This document shows positions 19,320 through 29,399 of a DNA stretch of 64,000 bases, piece by piece. The notes under the pieces were generated by a model. The model ran no database searches and was not told the DNA's origin. It was given only the letters and a program-made list of their open reading frames with translations. The translations under genes and the position numbers were made by a program. Source of the DNA: Candidatus Omnitrophota bacterium (GTDB lineage: Bacteria; Omnitrophota; Gorgyraeia; Zapsychrales; JANLHA01); NCBI GenBank assembly GCA_029560465.1, contig JAKQKX010000016.1:1248-65247 (forward strand). Reading direction: 5' to 3'. Every line of letters starts with the position of its first letter. The stretch's first letter is position 1.

Positions 19320-21425
19320 ATGGAAGAACGGTGCGAACAATCAGCAGGGCAAGCAGTATCTGATATTTACGGCCAGAATGTTTTTAGCCTTAAAGTCATG
19401 CGTAATTATCTTTCGGAGAAGGCGTTTCAGTCTTTGAGCAAGACAATCAAAGACGGGGGGCCGCTTGATCCCGGCATCGCGGATGAGGTGGCGGACGCGA
19501 TGAAGACCTGGGCGGTGTCCAAGGGCGCCACGCATTTTACTCATTGGTTTCAGCCGTTAACCGGAACGACCGCGGAAAAACATGATTCCTTCATTGTCCC
19601 GGACGGCGAGGGCGGTGTCCTTTTGGACTTTTCCGGCAAGGAATTGATCCAGGGCGAGCCGGACGCTTCCAGTTTTCCATCTGGAGGGCTGCGATGGACT
19701 TTTGAAGCCCGGGGGTATACCGGTTGGGACCCGACGAGCCCGGCTTTTATTAAAGAAGGGCCGCAATGCGCCACGCTGTGCATTCCAACGTATTTTATCG
19801 GGTGGAACGGCGAGGCGTTGGATAAAAAGACTCCGCTGTTGCGGTCCATGAAAGCGCTCTCCAAACAGGTTTGCCGCTTGGCCGAATTGTTCGGCATTGA
19901 AACCAAGGGCAAGCAGGCCTATGCCACTTTGGGCGGTGAGCAGGAGTATTTTCTCATCGACCGTGAGTATTATTTGCAGCGCATTGACCTTATCCAGACG
20001 GGCCGCACGCTTTTTGGAAAGGAGCCGGCCAAGCATCAGCAGATGGCTGACCATTATTTCGGCGCCATCAAGAGCCGCATTATGGGGTTCATGGAAGATT
20101 TTGACCGGGAGATGTGGAGGCTCGGGGTTCCCACCAAGACACGCCATAACGAGGTGGCTCCCGGGCAATATGAGGTCGCGCCGATTTTTGAAAGCCTGAA
20201 CCTCGCGGTGGACCACAACATGCTGTGCATGGAGGTCATGAAACGGGTGGCCGAGGAGCATGATTTGGTCTGCCTCCTGCATGAAAAGCCGTTCGCCGGC
20301 ATTAACGGTTCCGGGAAGCACAATAACTGGGCTATTGTGGGACCCGACGGGAAGAACTGGCTGGATCCAGGGGCGAGCCCGCATGAAAACGCCAAATTCC
20401 TGGTCACCCTGTGCGCGGTGATTAAAGCCGTGGACACCTATGCCGGCGTGTTGCGTTCTTCGGTGGCGACCGCGGGCAATGATCACCGGCTGGGATCGCA
20501 TGAGGCACCTCCGGCGATTATTTCGATTTTCCTCGGCGAACAGCTTACGGATATTATTGAACAGATTGAGAAGGGGGAGGCCAAACGCTCCAAGTCCGGC
20601 GGTGTCCTTGAGATCGGGGTGGATTCTTTGCCAAACCTTCCGCGCCACGCGACCGACCGGAACCGCACGTCGCCGTTCGCTTTCACCGGGTCCAAGTTCG
20701 AGTTCCGGGCCGTGGGGTCTAACATGAGCTTGGCTGGCCCGAACATTATCCTCAACACGATCGTGGCCGACGCTATCGGCGATATTTGTTCTCAGCTGGA
20801 AAAAGACCTGGCCGCGAAAAAGGATTTTAACGCGTCTTTGCAAAAAGTTTTGAAGAACATCATTAAAACGCACAAACGGATTATTTTCAACGGGGACAAC
20901 TACACGGAAGCCTGGGTCAAGGAAGCCGCTCAACGGCAGCTCCCGAATCTTAAAAACACGCCGGAAGCCCTGGCCGTGATGAGCAACCCGGGGGTGGCCG
21001 CGCTTTTTGAACGGCATGGCGTTTTAACGAGAAAAGAGTTGGCGTCCCGCAACGACGTGTATCTTGAGGCCTACAACACGACCATTGATTATGAAGCCAA
21101 GCTTTCCGTGGACATGGTCAAGACCCTGATTATGCCCGGGGTGTTTAATTACCAGGAAGAGCTGGCGTGCAGCATTAAATCGACGGAGGCGGTCAATAAG
21201 TTTAAATCCACGGCGGCCCGCAAACTGCTCACGGAAATCACCCGGGAGTCGGAGGCGGCGTTGAAGAAGACAGACAAACTCCAGTCCGCCATCGCGAAAG
21301 GAGCCGCTTTAAAGACCAAGGCCGCCATGGAGGATTTGCGCGTCACGATTGATACCCTGGAAGGGCTTGTTCCGGCTGATTATTGGCCGTTACCCTCTTA
21401 CGCGGAAATGCTGTTTATTGTTTAA
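19320..21425 (+). CDS. glnA: Glutamine synthetase type III
   Basis: 701 aa; HWFQPLTG, AEKHDSF, GEPDASSFPSGG, LHEKPFAGINGSGKHNNW, DRNRTSPFAFTG-x-KFEFR. Confidence 0.96.
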   Translation: MEERCEQSAGQAVSDIYGQNVFSLKVMRNYLSEKAFQSLSKTIKDGGPLDPGIADEVADAMKTWAVSKGATHFTHWFQPLTGTTAEKHDSFIVPDGEGGVLLDFSGKELIQGEPDASSFPSGGLRWTFEARGYTGWDPTSPAFIKEGPQCATLCIPTYFIGWNGEALDKKTPLLRSMKALSKQVCRLAELFGIETKGKQAYATLGGEQEYFLIDREYYLQRIDLIQTGRTLFGKEPAKHQQMADHYFGAIKSRIMGFMEDFDREMWRLGVPTKTRHNEVAPGQYEVAPIFESLNLAVDHNMLCMEVMKRVAEEHDLVCLLHEKPFAGINGSGKHNNWAIVGPDGKNWLDPGASPHENAKFLVTLCAVIKAVDTYAGVLRSSVATAGNDHRLGSHEAPPAIISIFLGEQLTDIIEQIEKGEAKRSKSGGVLEIGVDSLPNLPRHATDRNRTSPFAFTGSKFEFRAVGSNMSLAGPNIILNTIVADAIGDICSQLEKDLAAKKDFNASLQKVLKNIIKTHKRIIFNGDNYTEAWVKEAAQRQLPNLKNTPEALAVMSNPGVAALFERHGVLTRKELASRNDVYLEAYNTTIDYEAKLSVDMVKTLIMPGVFNYQEELACSIKSTEAVNKFKSTAARKLLTEITRESEAALKKTDKLQSAIAKGAALKTKAAMEDLRVTIDTLEGLVPADYWPLPSYAEMLFIV

Positions 21426-21505
21426 TGCGGGGATATTCTTGAGACTCATACCCTTGGGGCCGACGCGTTGTGCCGTCGTCCCCAAGGTCTTTTTTTATAT
21501 CTATT

Positions 21506-22216
21506 ATGATTTTATATATCAAACATATTGCTTTGGAAGGGCCGGAAACCCTGGGGACATTTTTGGCGCAGCAGGGGTTTTCTTCTAAGACGATTGAGGT
21601 CTGGCGCGGAGACCCCCTTCCGGAAGACCTGTCCGGGATCCAGGCGGTTGTGTGCCTGGGCGGCCCGATGAATGTTTATGAGGAAGAACAATATCCTTTT
21701 TTGAAACGGGAGGATTCTTTGATCCGGAAGGTCCTTGAGGAAGACGTGCCGTTCTTGGGGATTTGCCTGGGTTCCCAGCTTCTCGCAAAAGCCAACGGGG
21801 CCAGGGTGTCCCGGGCCAGGGAAGAGGAAATCGGGTTTTCTCAGGTCCGCCTGACGGAGGAGGGGATGCGGGACCCATTGCTGAAAGGGGTCCCGCCTGA
21901 CATGGAGGTGTTTCAGTGGCACGGGGACACTTTTGATATCCCTGCCCAAGCCGCCTGGTTGGCCCGGGGGGCTGTTTGCCCTCATCAGGCTTTCCGGGTG
22001 GGACGCTGTGCGTACGGGGTTCAGTTTCATGTTGAGATAACGGGAAAGAATATCCAGGAATGGGCCGAGGCTTATCTGGATTTAAGCACAGCGGCTCATC
22101 GGCTGAAAAAAGACGTCTTGCTGACGCGGTATGCGCAAAGAAAAGAAAAGTTCCACCAGACAGCGGAACAGATATATAATAATTTTTCGAAAATCATCAC
22201 CGGACATCGGCGTTAG
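21506..22216 (+). CDS. Type 1 glutamine amidotransferase (GMP-synthase-like GATase domain only)
   Basis: LGGPM, LGICLG-x-Q, FQWHGDTF, GVQFHVE catalytic motifs. Confidence 0.9.
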   Translation: MILYIKHIALEGPETLGTFLAQQGFSSKTIEVWRGDPLPEDLSGIQAVVCLGGPMNVYEEEQYPFLKREDSLIRKVLEEDVPFLGICLGSQLLAKANGARVSRAREEEIGFSQVRLTEEGMRDPLLKGVPPDMEVFQWHGDTFDIPAQAAWLARGAVCPHQAFRVGRCAYGVQFHVEITGKNIQEWAEAYLDLSTAAHRLKKDVLLTRYAQRKEKFHQTAEQIYNNFSKIITGHRR

Positions 22217-22260
22217 GGGCCCGGATGCAGGACGGTTTATAAACTTAAAAGGACGGGCGT

Positions 22261-23940
22261 ATGATACGTTTGGCGTTGGCGCAGATCAATTCCGTGGTGG
22301 GGAACCTGGAGGGCAACCGTCGGAAAATTTTGCAATACATCCACCAGGCTCAGGACCTTTCCGCGGATTTGGTTGTTTTTCCCGAGCTGGCTGTTTGCGG
22401 TTATCCGCCGGAAGACCTGTTGTTTAAGGATCATTTTGTCCAGGATAACTTGAAGACGTTGAGGGCGTTAAGCCGGGAGATCAACGGCATCACCGTGATC
22501 CTCGGGTTTGTTGACCGGGATAAGAAAGGAAATATTTTTAACGCGGCCGCGTTGGTTCAGGACCGGACGGTACGCGGGATTTATCATAAGCAGGAGCTTC
22601 CGAATTATGGCGTTTTTGATGAAAAGCGTTATTTTATGCCCGGCAGGGAAACTTTATGTTTCCGCCAGAATGGCATCGTTTTCGGAGTTAGTATCTGTGA
22701 AGATATCTGGCGGCACGGACCACTTTTAGAGAAGCAGATCAAGCAAAAGCTTCCGATGATTGTGAACCTTTCGGCGTCTCCTTACGATTATGGCAAGCTT
22801 GAACGGCGTGAGAAACGGTTAAAAGACCGCGCCCGGCAGATGCAGGCCTATGTTTGTTACACGAACCTTGTCGGCGGGCAGGATGAGCTGGTCTTTGACG
22901 GGGGCAGCATGGTGATCAATCCGCAGGGCCGTGTGATCGCCAACGCCAAGCCCTTTGAGGAGGACTTGGTCGTCCTGGACCTTCCCCTTGTCCCCCCGGG
23001 GAAAAAATCCCGGGCGCCCCGGGGGTGCATTGATCTTGGGGTGAAAACTCAAACGTTAAAATGCGCCCTGACTCCCCATAAGGAACGGCGGCTGCCTCCG
23101 TTGGAACGTGTTTACCGGGCGCTTGTTTTGGGTACGAGGGATTATGTCCGGAAAAACGGGTTTAAGAAAGTGCTCATCGGCTTGAGCGGCGGCATCGACT
23201 CGTCTCTGGTCGCGGCTTTGGCCGCGGAGGCGGTCGGCTGCGAGAACGTGGTCGGCGTTTCCATGCCATCGCAATACACATCGGATGGGACGCGGGCCGA
23301 CGCCCGGATTCTTGCGCAAAATTTGAAGATTAGTTTTAAAGAGATCCCTATCGACCATATCTTCCAGACGTATTTAGATGACCTGTCCCCGGAGTTCGCG
23401 GGTTTGCCTTTTGACGTGGCCGAGGAAAACCTCCAGGCCAGGATCCGGGGGAATATCCTGATGAAATTTTCCAACAAATTCGGCTGGTTGGTGTTAAATA
23501 CCGGGAACAAGAGCGAAATCGCCGTGGGATATTGCACCCTGTACGGTGACCTGGCGGGCGGCTTCGCGGTGATCAAAGATATCCCGAAGACCCAGGTTTT
23601 TCAACTGGCGCGATTTATCAACGAGAGAGAAAAAGTGATCCCGGACAGCGTTTTGGCGCGGGCGCCGTCCGCGGAATTGCGCTATAACCAGACAGACCAG
23701 GATACTTTGCCGCCGTACCCCGAACTGGATGCCGTGCTTAAGGGATATGTGGAAGAGCATCTCTCCGCAGTCCAATTGCAAAAGATTTGCCGGGACAAGG
23801 AAAAGATTAAAGATATTATCATCAAGGTGGATAAGAGCGAATATAAGCGCCGGCAATCGCCGCCGGGCATAAAAATTTCGACGCGGGCGTTTGGCAAAGA
23901 TTGGCGTTTGCCGATTACAAACGGCTATCGGGAAGATTAA
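22261..23940 (+). CDS. nadE: Glutamine-dependent NAD+ synthetase
   Basis: Nitrilase-type domain (FPEL..GYPPEDL, LPNYGVFDEKRYF, ICED) plus GLSGGIDS, ENLQARIRG, TGNKSE, PSAEL, EYKRRQ. Confidence 0.97.
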   Translation: MIRLALAQINSVVGNLEGNRRKILQYIHQAQDLSADLVVFPELAVCGYPPEDLLFKDHFVQDNLKTLRALSREINGITVILGFVDRDKKGNIFNAAALVQDRTVRGIYHKQELPNYGVFDEKRYFMPGRETLCFRQNGIVFGVSICEDIWRHGPLLEKQIKQKLPMIVNLSASPYDYGKLERREKRLKDRARQMQAYVCYTNLVGGQDELVFDGGSMVINPQGRVIANAKPFEEDLVVLDLPLVPPGKKSRAPRGCIDLGVKTQTLKCALTPHKERRLPPLERVYRALVLGTRDYVRKNGFKKVLIGLSGGIDSSLVAALAAEAVGCENVVGVSMPSQYTSDGTRADARILAQNLKISFKEIPIDHIFQTYLDDLSPEFAGLPFDVAEENLQARIRGNILMKFSNKFGWLVLNTGNKSEIAVGYCTLYGDLAGGFAVIKDIPKTQVFQLARFINEREKVIPDSVLARAPSAELRYNQTDQDTLPPYPELDAVLKGYVEEHLSAVQLQKICRDKEKIKDIIIKVDKSEYKRRQSPPGIKISTRAFGKDWRLPITNGYRED

Positions 23941-23980
23941 GGGCAACAAATTATTTGCAATCAGAAGTTTCTGCGTCATA

Positions 23981-24010
23981 ATAAGGGCAGGCTTAAAAGC
24001 CTGCCCTTAT
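23981..24010. repeat. Perfect palindrome downstream of nadE (terminator or REP-like)
   Basis: ATAAGGGCAGGCT-TAAA-AGCCTGCCCTTAT. Confidence 0.7.
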
Positions 24011-24118
24011 GTTATTTCCAACTGTCGGGGGCTAGTGCCTCGATGCGTTCCGGGAGGAATAAAGATTAAAATTTAATCGCTAAAAATGTGGAGTCAAGAC
24101 AGAATAAAGGAGGTCCCT

Positions 24119-24592
24119 GTGAAAAGATGGTGTGTGCTCGTTGGATTTTTGTTGTGTGTTTTAGGCTGTGAACAGAAAAAAGAAGTCAGAATTGATATCC
24201 CCGCCCCGAATCCGGATAAGCATGATTTTATGAAAGAAGGGGTTGATTACTTGCAGGAAGCCAAAATCCCGGAAGCGATCCGGAGTTTTGACGAAGCGAT
24301 TAAGCAGAATCCGGTTGACCCGCAGCCCTATATGGTGCTGGGCCAGACGTATATGCGCATTAATGATTATACCCGGGCGATCGATACCTTTTCAGCGGCG
24401 CTGCGGGTTTCTCCTGATAAAGGGGAATTGCATTATTTGATCGCGCTGAACTACCGGCTCCTGGGGGAAATGGACTTGGCCCGCAAGAACGCGGAAATAA
24501 GCATTGAAATGTTCCGTCAAAAACAGGATGAAAAGAATTTCCTGTTGGCCTTGACCCTGCTGCAGAGCCTGTCGCAGGAACAGGAGGAATAA
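24119..24592 (+). CDS. TPR-repeat lipoprotein
   Basis: AAGGAGG RBS before GTG; lipobox VLG-C; TPR units (EAIRSFDEAIKQNP, YMVLGQTY..AIDTFSAALRVSP). Confidence 0.8.
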   Translation: MKRWCVLVGFLLCVLGCEQKKEVRIDIPAPNPDKHDFMKEGVDYLQEAKIPEAIRSFDEAIKQNPVDPQPYMVLGQTYMRINDYTRAIDTFSAALRVSPDKGELHYLIALNYRLLGEMDLARKNAEISIEMFRQKQDEKNFLLALTLLQSLSQEQEE

Positions 24593-24614
24593 CGCATTGG
24601 GCAGAAGGCACCGC

Positions 24615-25070
24615 ATGACCTCCTTTTTTTCTTTTTTGACCTTTGTCCTGGTTCTGTCGCCGGCTATGATTCTTTTCCCTTCCTCCTGCGCGTGCTCCGA
24701 GGCCCCGCCGGACAGCAAAGAAATATTGTACAATTTACGGTTAAAACAGGAAGATATCCGGGATATTTACCTGAAGAAAAGACAGGAATTAGCCGGGGAT
24801 TTTCAGGAAAAGCTCCAAGAGCTCCGTGCGGAAGGGCACGACTCGGAAGCTATCCGGGCCGCGATGGAAGATTATAAGTATCAGCAGCGGTCTCTTAAGG
24901 CGGCGTATCGGAAAGTCATGAAGGAGACTCAGTCGAAAATCAACGCCCTGAAAATGAAAGACGGGGGATATTCTTCAGACGTGTCCGTCATTCAGCTTTT
25001 GCAGCCCAAGGTGGATACGTATTGCCCGCCGACTTTATACGAAAGAGTGTTGTTGAATATCAGGTGTTGA
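24615..25070 (+). CDS. Hypothetical exported coiled-coil protein
   Basis: Hydrophobic N-terminus followed by charged helical sequence. Confidence 0.55.
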   Translation: MTSFFSFLTFVLVLSPAMILFPSSCACSEAPPDSKEILYNLRLKQEDIRDIYLKKRQELAGDFQEKLQELRAEGHDSEAIRAAMEDYKYQQRSLKAAYRKVMKETQSKINALKMKDGGYSSDVSVIQLLQPKVDTYCPPTLYERVLLNIRC

Positions 25071-25122
25071 GGGCGGCCCGGGCCATGCGGGACGGAGTGG
25101 GTTTTGAACCGTTAAACGCGTG

Positions 25123-25452
25123 ATGAAATATACAATTGAAAATATATTATCCGGGTTCCCGGATTCAAGCCGGGAAGAAAAATTCACGAGCCTTTTGAAG
25201 ACCCGGGAGTTTTTGCTGGAGCGCATTGTTTCCTCGGGACAAATTACGCCGCCGGGGGAATGGCTTTCGCAGGAGAAGCATGAATGGGTGCTGCTGTTAA
25301 AAGGCCGGGCGCGGCTGCGTTTCCGAGAGGCGGATGGCCTCTGTCAGATGGAACCCGGAGACGCGGTGTTGATCCCGGCCGGGTGTTTTCACCGGGTCGA
25401 GTGGACTGACCCGGGCCAAAAAACCGTATGGTTAGCCCTGCATTACGCATGA
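25123..25452 (+). CDS. Cupin domain protein
   Basis: LERIVS-x-G..EWVLLLKG-x-A-x-L..PGD..IPAG-x-x-HRVEWT..TVWLALH. Confidence 0.88.
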   Translation: MKYTIENILSGFPDSSREEKFTSLLKTREFLLERIVSSGQITPPGEWLSQEKHEWVLLLKGRARLRFREADGLCQMEPGDAVLIPAGCFHRVEWTDPGQKTVWLALHYA

Positions 25453-27641
25453 TCCTTTTTTTTGCCCTCGCGGTTATCTCGACCCTTTCGGCGTTTCCAT
25501 CGTTTTTGTCCTGTTACGGGTTCTGGCCGGCCGCCTGGTTTTGCCTGGTCCCTTTGTTTTTTTTCTTGGGCCTTTTCAGCGACCCGTGGCGCCGGGTTTT
25601 GGCCGGCGGTTTTTTCGGGATTTGTTTTTATGCGCTTTTGGTGAGGTGGTTTGTCCCTTATAGCCTGCCGGGATATTTATTTTTTGTCCTTTTATTGAGT
25701 GTTCAACCCCTGATTTTCGCGGGATTTTTTCTCCCGCCGTTTCAGCCCAGGATGTTCCGGCTTTTTTATTGGCCGGCTTTGTGGACAGCGAGTGAATATG
25801 CCCGGCGGATTATCATGCGGGGATTTTCCTGGGACCTCGGTTGTTCCCAGGCATTTAACGGGCATATTCTGCAGTGGGCCAGCTTGGGTGGCTCGGGCCT
25901 GATTTCATTTCTTTTGGTCTTGTGTAACACCTGTTTTTATGAGGCGGTGCGGGCACGGAAGCAACGGTTGTTTTATATCAGGGCGCTGGTCGCGGTGAAC
26001 CTGCTGGCCTGGGCCGGGGGGGCGGCGCAGTATTATTTTTATCCCGGCGCAAGGAGCCCGCGGCGACTGTTGCGCGCAGCCGTCGTGCAAGCGGCCGTGG
26101 ACCCTCGAGAAAAACTCGATACCTGGCGGGTGAACCGGATCGTGGAGTCTCACGTCCGCTTGTCGTCTTCGCTTCCTCCCTCGGCCTCCGCAGAGATCAT
26201 TATTTGGCCGGAGACCGCGGTCCCGCAGGATCTCCGGCAGGACCCGTTTTTAAAGAAAAGGGTTGTTGATCTGTGCCGGAACCAGGGGGCGGGCGTGTTA
26301 ACTGGGATGGCGTGGGAGGATGAGGTAGGCCGTTTGTATAACGGGGCGGCCTGGGTCAGCCCTGAGGGGGCCATCCTGGAAATTTACCGTAAGAAATATT
26401 TGGTCCCTTTCAGCGAAGAACAGCCCTGGTCCGGGCCGCTCGGGGCGGTTTTAGAAAAAAGCCGGGGCAAGGACGCGTATCATTTCTCCCGGGGGCAGGG
26501 GTTGGGCGTGCTGCCGTTGTCTTCTATCCGCCCGGGCCTTGCCGGTTCCCTGGGCGTGGCAATTTGTTCGGAAGACACAATCAGCGCTCTTTTCCGCCGC
26601 TACGCGCGCGCCGGCGTCGGGTTGATGGTTGTGCTTTTAAACGACGGCTGGTTTAAAGATCCGGCCGCCCTGGTTCAGCACGCGCAGAATTCGATCCTGC
26701 GGGCGGTGGAAACCCGTTGCCCGGTCCTGCGGGCCACGAACAGCGGGTGGACCTGTTTGATCGATCCCCTCGGGCGCGTACACACTCCTTCGGGGGTGGA
26801 ATGGATGAAGGCTGGCGCCGGGATCATCAATTTCGACGCGTTTTCCGGACAGCCCCCTTATGTTTTTATTGGAGACACCTTTTGCATTTTATCAGCAGCG
26901 TTTGTTATAATAAGCCTGCTTTTATCCAAAATAAGGGGGCTATCAAAGGATTTTGTTATGAAAGTGTTTTTATGTTTATTGGGGATTTCTCTTGGGGTTT
27001 TGGGGTGCCCTTTGTTGTGTGAAGCCGGAGGGGTGGCGGCCCGGAAACAGCAGGGGGTCCGGGTGCGCCCCCAGATTCAGGTCCAACCGTCTGCGCCGGG
27101 CCGCTCCGGGGTTTGGCCGGCATCCGCGCCCGGGAGCCCGGCTGAAGACACGGCTGGGAAACAAGCGGCCCCGACGCCGTCATTGATCCCGAAACAGTCT
27201 TATCCGGAGAGCCGGGTCCTGACCAGCGCGCCGGGATACTCCGGCGCGGGCGGCTTTGATTCCGGGCGTGGCGCGCCGGGAGCGGATATGACCGCGGAAG
27301 AAAGCCTGATGCAGCTTTTGGCCGTGCTTGAGGAGTCCAGTGGAATCTGGATAAAAATCAGCGATGTTAATTATAAAAATCTGGTTGTTTCCCAGCATAT
27401 CGAACGTTACCGGCAGGAAGGGGTGCTGATCCGTAAACCCGCGGCGTATTATGCGCAGTTTATCACCACCATGGGGGAGGGGAACCCGGCGCTTTTATCC
27501 CGGCCGTTTTCAGAGCTTTTGCGGCTGGCCGCGATCATGGAATATGATTTTGAAAACGGGCAAAACAAAGACGCGATGGCGCGCTCGGTTCTCGGCGATG
27601 ATATGTATAAAGTCAACAGGAAACGGCTCGGTATGCCATGA
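25449..27641 (+). CDS. lnt: Apolipoprotein N-acyltransferase, in frame with a downstream secreted-protein domain
   Basis: N-terminal TM helices; WPETA, YRKKYLVPFSE, AICSED, NDGWF, RAVE..RATNSG. ATGA overlap with the cupin stop. No stop codon after the last Lnt helix (~nt 26930). Confidence 0.88.
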   Translation: MILFFALAVISTLSAFPSFLSCYGFWPAAWFCLVPLFFFLGLFSDPWRRVLAGGFFGICFYALLVRWFVPYSLPGYLFFVLLLSVQPLIFAGFFLPPFQPRMFRLFYWPALWTASEYARRIIMRGFSWDLGCSQAFNGHILQWASLGGSGLISFLLVLCNTCFYEAVRARKQRLFYIRALVAVNLLAWAGGAAQYYFYPGARSPRRLLRAAVVQAAVDPREKLDTWRVNRIVESHVRLSSSLPPSASAEIIIWPETAVPQDLRQDPFLKKRVVDLCRNQGAGVLTGMAWEDEVGRLYNGAAWVSPEGAILEIYRKKYLVPFSEEQPWSGPLGAVLEKSRGKDAYHFSRGQGLGVLPLSSIRPGLAGSLGVAICSEDTISALFRRYARAGVGLMVVLLNDGWFKDPAALVQHAQNSILRAVETRCPVLRATNSGWTCLIDPLGRVHTPSGVEWMKAGAGIINFDAFSGQPPYVFIGDTFCILSAAFVIISLLLSKIRGLSKDFVMKVFLCLLGISLGVLGCPLLCEAGGVAARKQQGVRVRPQIQVQPSAPGRSGVWPASAPGSPAEDTAGKQAAPTPSLIPKQSYPESRVLTSAPGYSGAGGFDSGRGAPGADMTAEESLMQLLAVLEESSGIWIKISDVNYKNLVVSQHIERYRQEGVLIRKPAAYYAQFITTMGEGNPALLSRPFSELLRLAAIMEYDFENGQNKDAMARSVLGDDMYKVNRKRLGMP
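26882..26911 (+). promoter_or_regulatory. Internal sigma70 promoter inside the 3' end of lnt
   Basis: TTGCAT-N18-TATAAT with an extended -10 TG; ~47 nt upstream of the AAGGA RBS/ATG at 26958. Confidence 0.6.
26958..27641 (+). CDS. Secreted hypothetical protein, paralog A (probably also translated independently of Lnt)
   Basis: Own RBS and ATG, signal peptide, Pro/Ala/Gly linker; C-domain matches 29386..30030 (KPA-x-YYA, AI-x-EYD-x-ENGQ-x-KD, NR-x-RLG-x-P). Confidence 0.7.
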   Translation: MKVFLCLLGISLGVLGCPLLCEAGGVAARKQQGVRVRPQIQVQPSAPGRSGVWPASAPGSPAEDTAGKQAAPTPSLIPKQSYPESRVLTSAPGYSGAGGFDSGRGAPGADMTAEESLMQLLAVLEESSGIWIKISDVNYKNLVVSQHIERYRQEGVLIRKPAAYYAQFITTMGEGNPALLSRPFSELLRLAAIMEYDFENGQNKDAMARSVLGDDMYKVNRKRLGMP

Positions 27642-27677
27642 GAGGCCCGGAGGGGGGCAGGAAAGGATGAGTTTCGC

Positions 27678-29399
27678 ATGAGGAAGAAAATGCCAGGTTT
27701 TTCCATTTCCGGCGCGTACACCGCGTTCCTTATTATTTTTATTGTTTTGATGACGGCCTGGCTGGGGCGGACCACCTGTTATATCAACGCCTGGCCATCG
27801 GACTCTGCGGCTTCGTATATTCCGACCGCCGCGAAATTGTTTGAGATGCGTTTTTTTTCGCAGATGCATGACCTGCACCTGCATGGGCTGAGCAGGCTTA
27901 ACATGAGGGGAAAAGAGGCGCTCATCGTTGATATCGCTATCCTGCAGCGGATCCTGGGAGACACAGAAAGCCTTTATCCGAACATCCTTTTATTGATCCT
28001 GTCCTGCGGGCTGTCCTCCGGGCTTCTTTTTCTGATTTTTAAGAAATTTTTTAATGCCACGGCCGGATTTGTCGCGTTTGTGCTTTTTGCCTTTAGTTTC
28101 TGGCCGTATATGTATGTCCTTTTGGGCGCGCACCAGCCCCTGGTCCTCTGCAATTTTCTTCTTTCGTTTTTCTTCCTGCAGCGTGCGGGTCCAAGGCGCG
28201 TTTATCTTTTCCTGGGCGGGCTGTTTTTTGGCCTGACTTTTTTTTCTTCCCCCACCGCTATTATGTATATGCCGTATTATGGGTTGCTGTTGTTGGCGGA
28301 TCATCAGGATTTCCGGCTCTCCCGCGTGTTTTCCAAGAAAACCGGCCAGGGGTTTTTGTTCTTTTTCGCCGGCCTGGCCGGGGTCCTACTGGCCTTTACG
28401 CTGCCGCGGCCTTTAGAGAGCCTGAAAATGTTTATTATCTATGTTTTTTTAAGCCGCGGAGGCAACCATTTTCAGTATTACGCGGATTACTTGAGCCGAT
28501 TTTTTGCGGTACCCGCTTTTTTGCGGGGAGGCGGATGGCTCTGGATTTTTAAATATTTTACGCTGACCATGCCTATCCTGTTTGCCGCGTGCGGGGTCAG
28601 CATGGCCTACCTCTTGACCCGCTCGTCTAAGCCCAGGAGGACGTTTATGCTGGTCCTCCTAGGGCTTTCCACGCCTCTGGCCGTGGAGATTATTCAGGTG
28701 GCCCAGTTCGGCCGGAATTATTTTTCCTGGTTTTTCGGGATGATTTTTCTGCTCTGCGCGGCGGTGGGATGTTACATGAACAATCACGCGCCGTTCGTTT
28801 GGAAAAAGCACAAGGTTTTTTCCGTGTCGTTAGCGGTTTTTCTGTTATGCCATGTCGTTTTTAATGCGCGTGTTTTTTTTAAAGATATCCTGCCGTCCCG
28901 CCTGGCTACGACATACGCGTATGAATGGCTACGGGAACGGAATATCGGGCAGGTGCTCGTTTACCAGGATCATCACAGCAACACATTCGCGGCGGATGTG
29001 TTGAATAATCCCAAATCACCCGTAAAAATCGAGTTCCGGGGCATCCGCTCTTTCCTGCAGGCCCGGACCGGGTATATCCTTTTGCCGGGAATCAGTGGAA
29101 CGACGATCTGGCAGGATTGTTCCCGGGACCCGTTTACCGGCGATCCGCCCTTGCAGGGGATTATTGCGGCCGGGCTTCTGCCCGAATGCGCGGCGGCCCG
29201 GTTTCCAACAGTGGCGTCGAGCCGGTACTGGCCGCAGGAAGAAGAAGTCTGCACGTACCGGGACCTTATGCTGGGGCAGGTGTCTGAGCAAACCCGCCGT
29301 TTGAGTGAAATTTATATTCTGGATGTGGCCTGTTTGCGAAAAGTTTACTTCGAGCAAGTTTTAAAAAACAGGGAAGAAGGGGAGCATGATGAAAAATAG
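27678..29399 (+). CDS. Multi-TM GT-C fold glycosyltransferase-like protein (ArnT/PMT-like)
   Basis: First TM followed by an acidic loop (WPSD..Y), about 10-12 TM segments and a periplasmic C-terminal domain. Confidence 0.6.
   Translation: MRKKMPGFSISGAYTAFLIIFIVLMTAWLGRTTCYINAWPSDSAASYIPTAAKLFEMRFFSQMHDLHLHGLSRLNMRGKEALIVDIAILQRILGDTESLYPNILLLILSCGLSSGLLFLIFKKFFNATAGFVAFVLFAFSFWPYMYVLLGAHQPLVLCNFLLSFFFLQRAGPRRVYLFLGGLFFGLTFFSSPTAIMYMPYYGLLLLADHQDFRLSRVFSKKTGQGFLFFFAGLAGVLLAFTLPRPLESLKMFIIYVFLSRGGNHFQYYADYLSRFFAVPAFLRGGGWLWIFKYFTLTMPILFAACGVSMAYLLTRSSKPRRTFMLVLLGLSTPLAVEIIQVAQFGRNYFSWFFGMIFLLCAAVGCYMNNHAPFVWKKHKVFSVSLAVFLLCHVVFNARVFFKDILPSRLATTYAYEWLRERNIGQVLVYQDHHSNTFAADVLNNPKSPVKIEFRGIRSFLQARTGYILLPGISGTTIWQDCSRDPFTGDPPLQGIIAAGLLPECAAARFPTVASSRYWPQEEEVCTYRDLMLGQVSEQTRRLSEIYILDVACLRKVYFEQVLKNREEGEHDEK

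Noticed and set aside
19557-21017. 486-aa minus-strand ORF
   Set aside because: Antisense shadow of glnA with no recognisable motifs.
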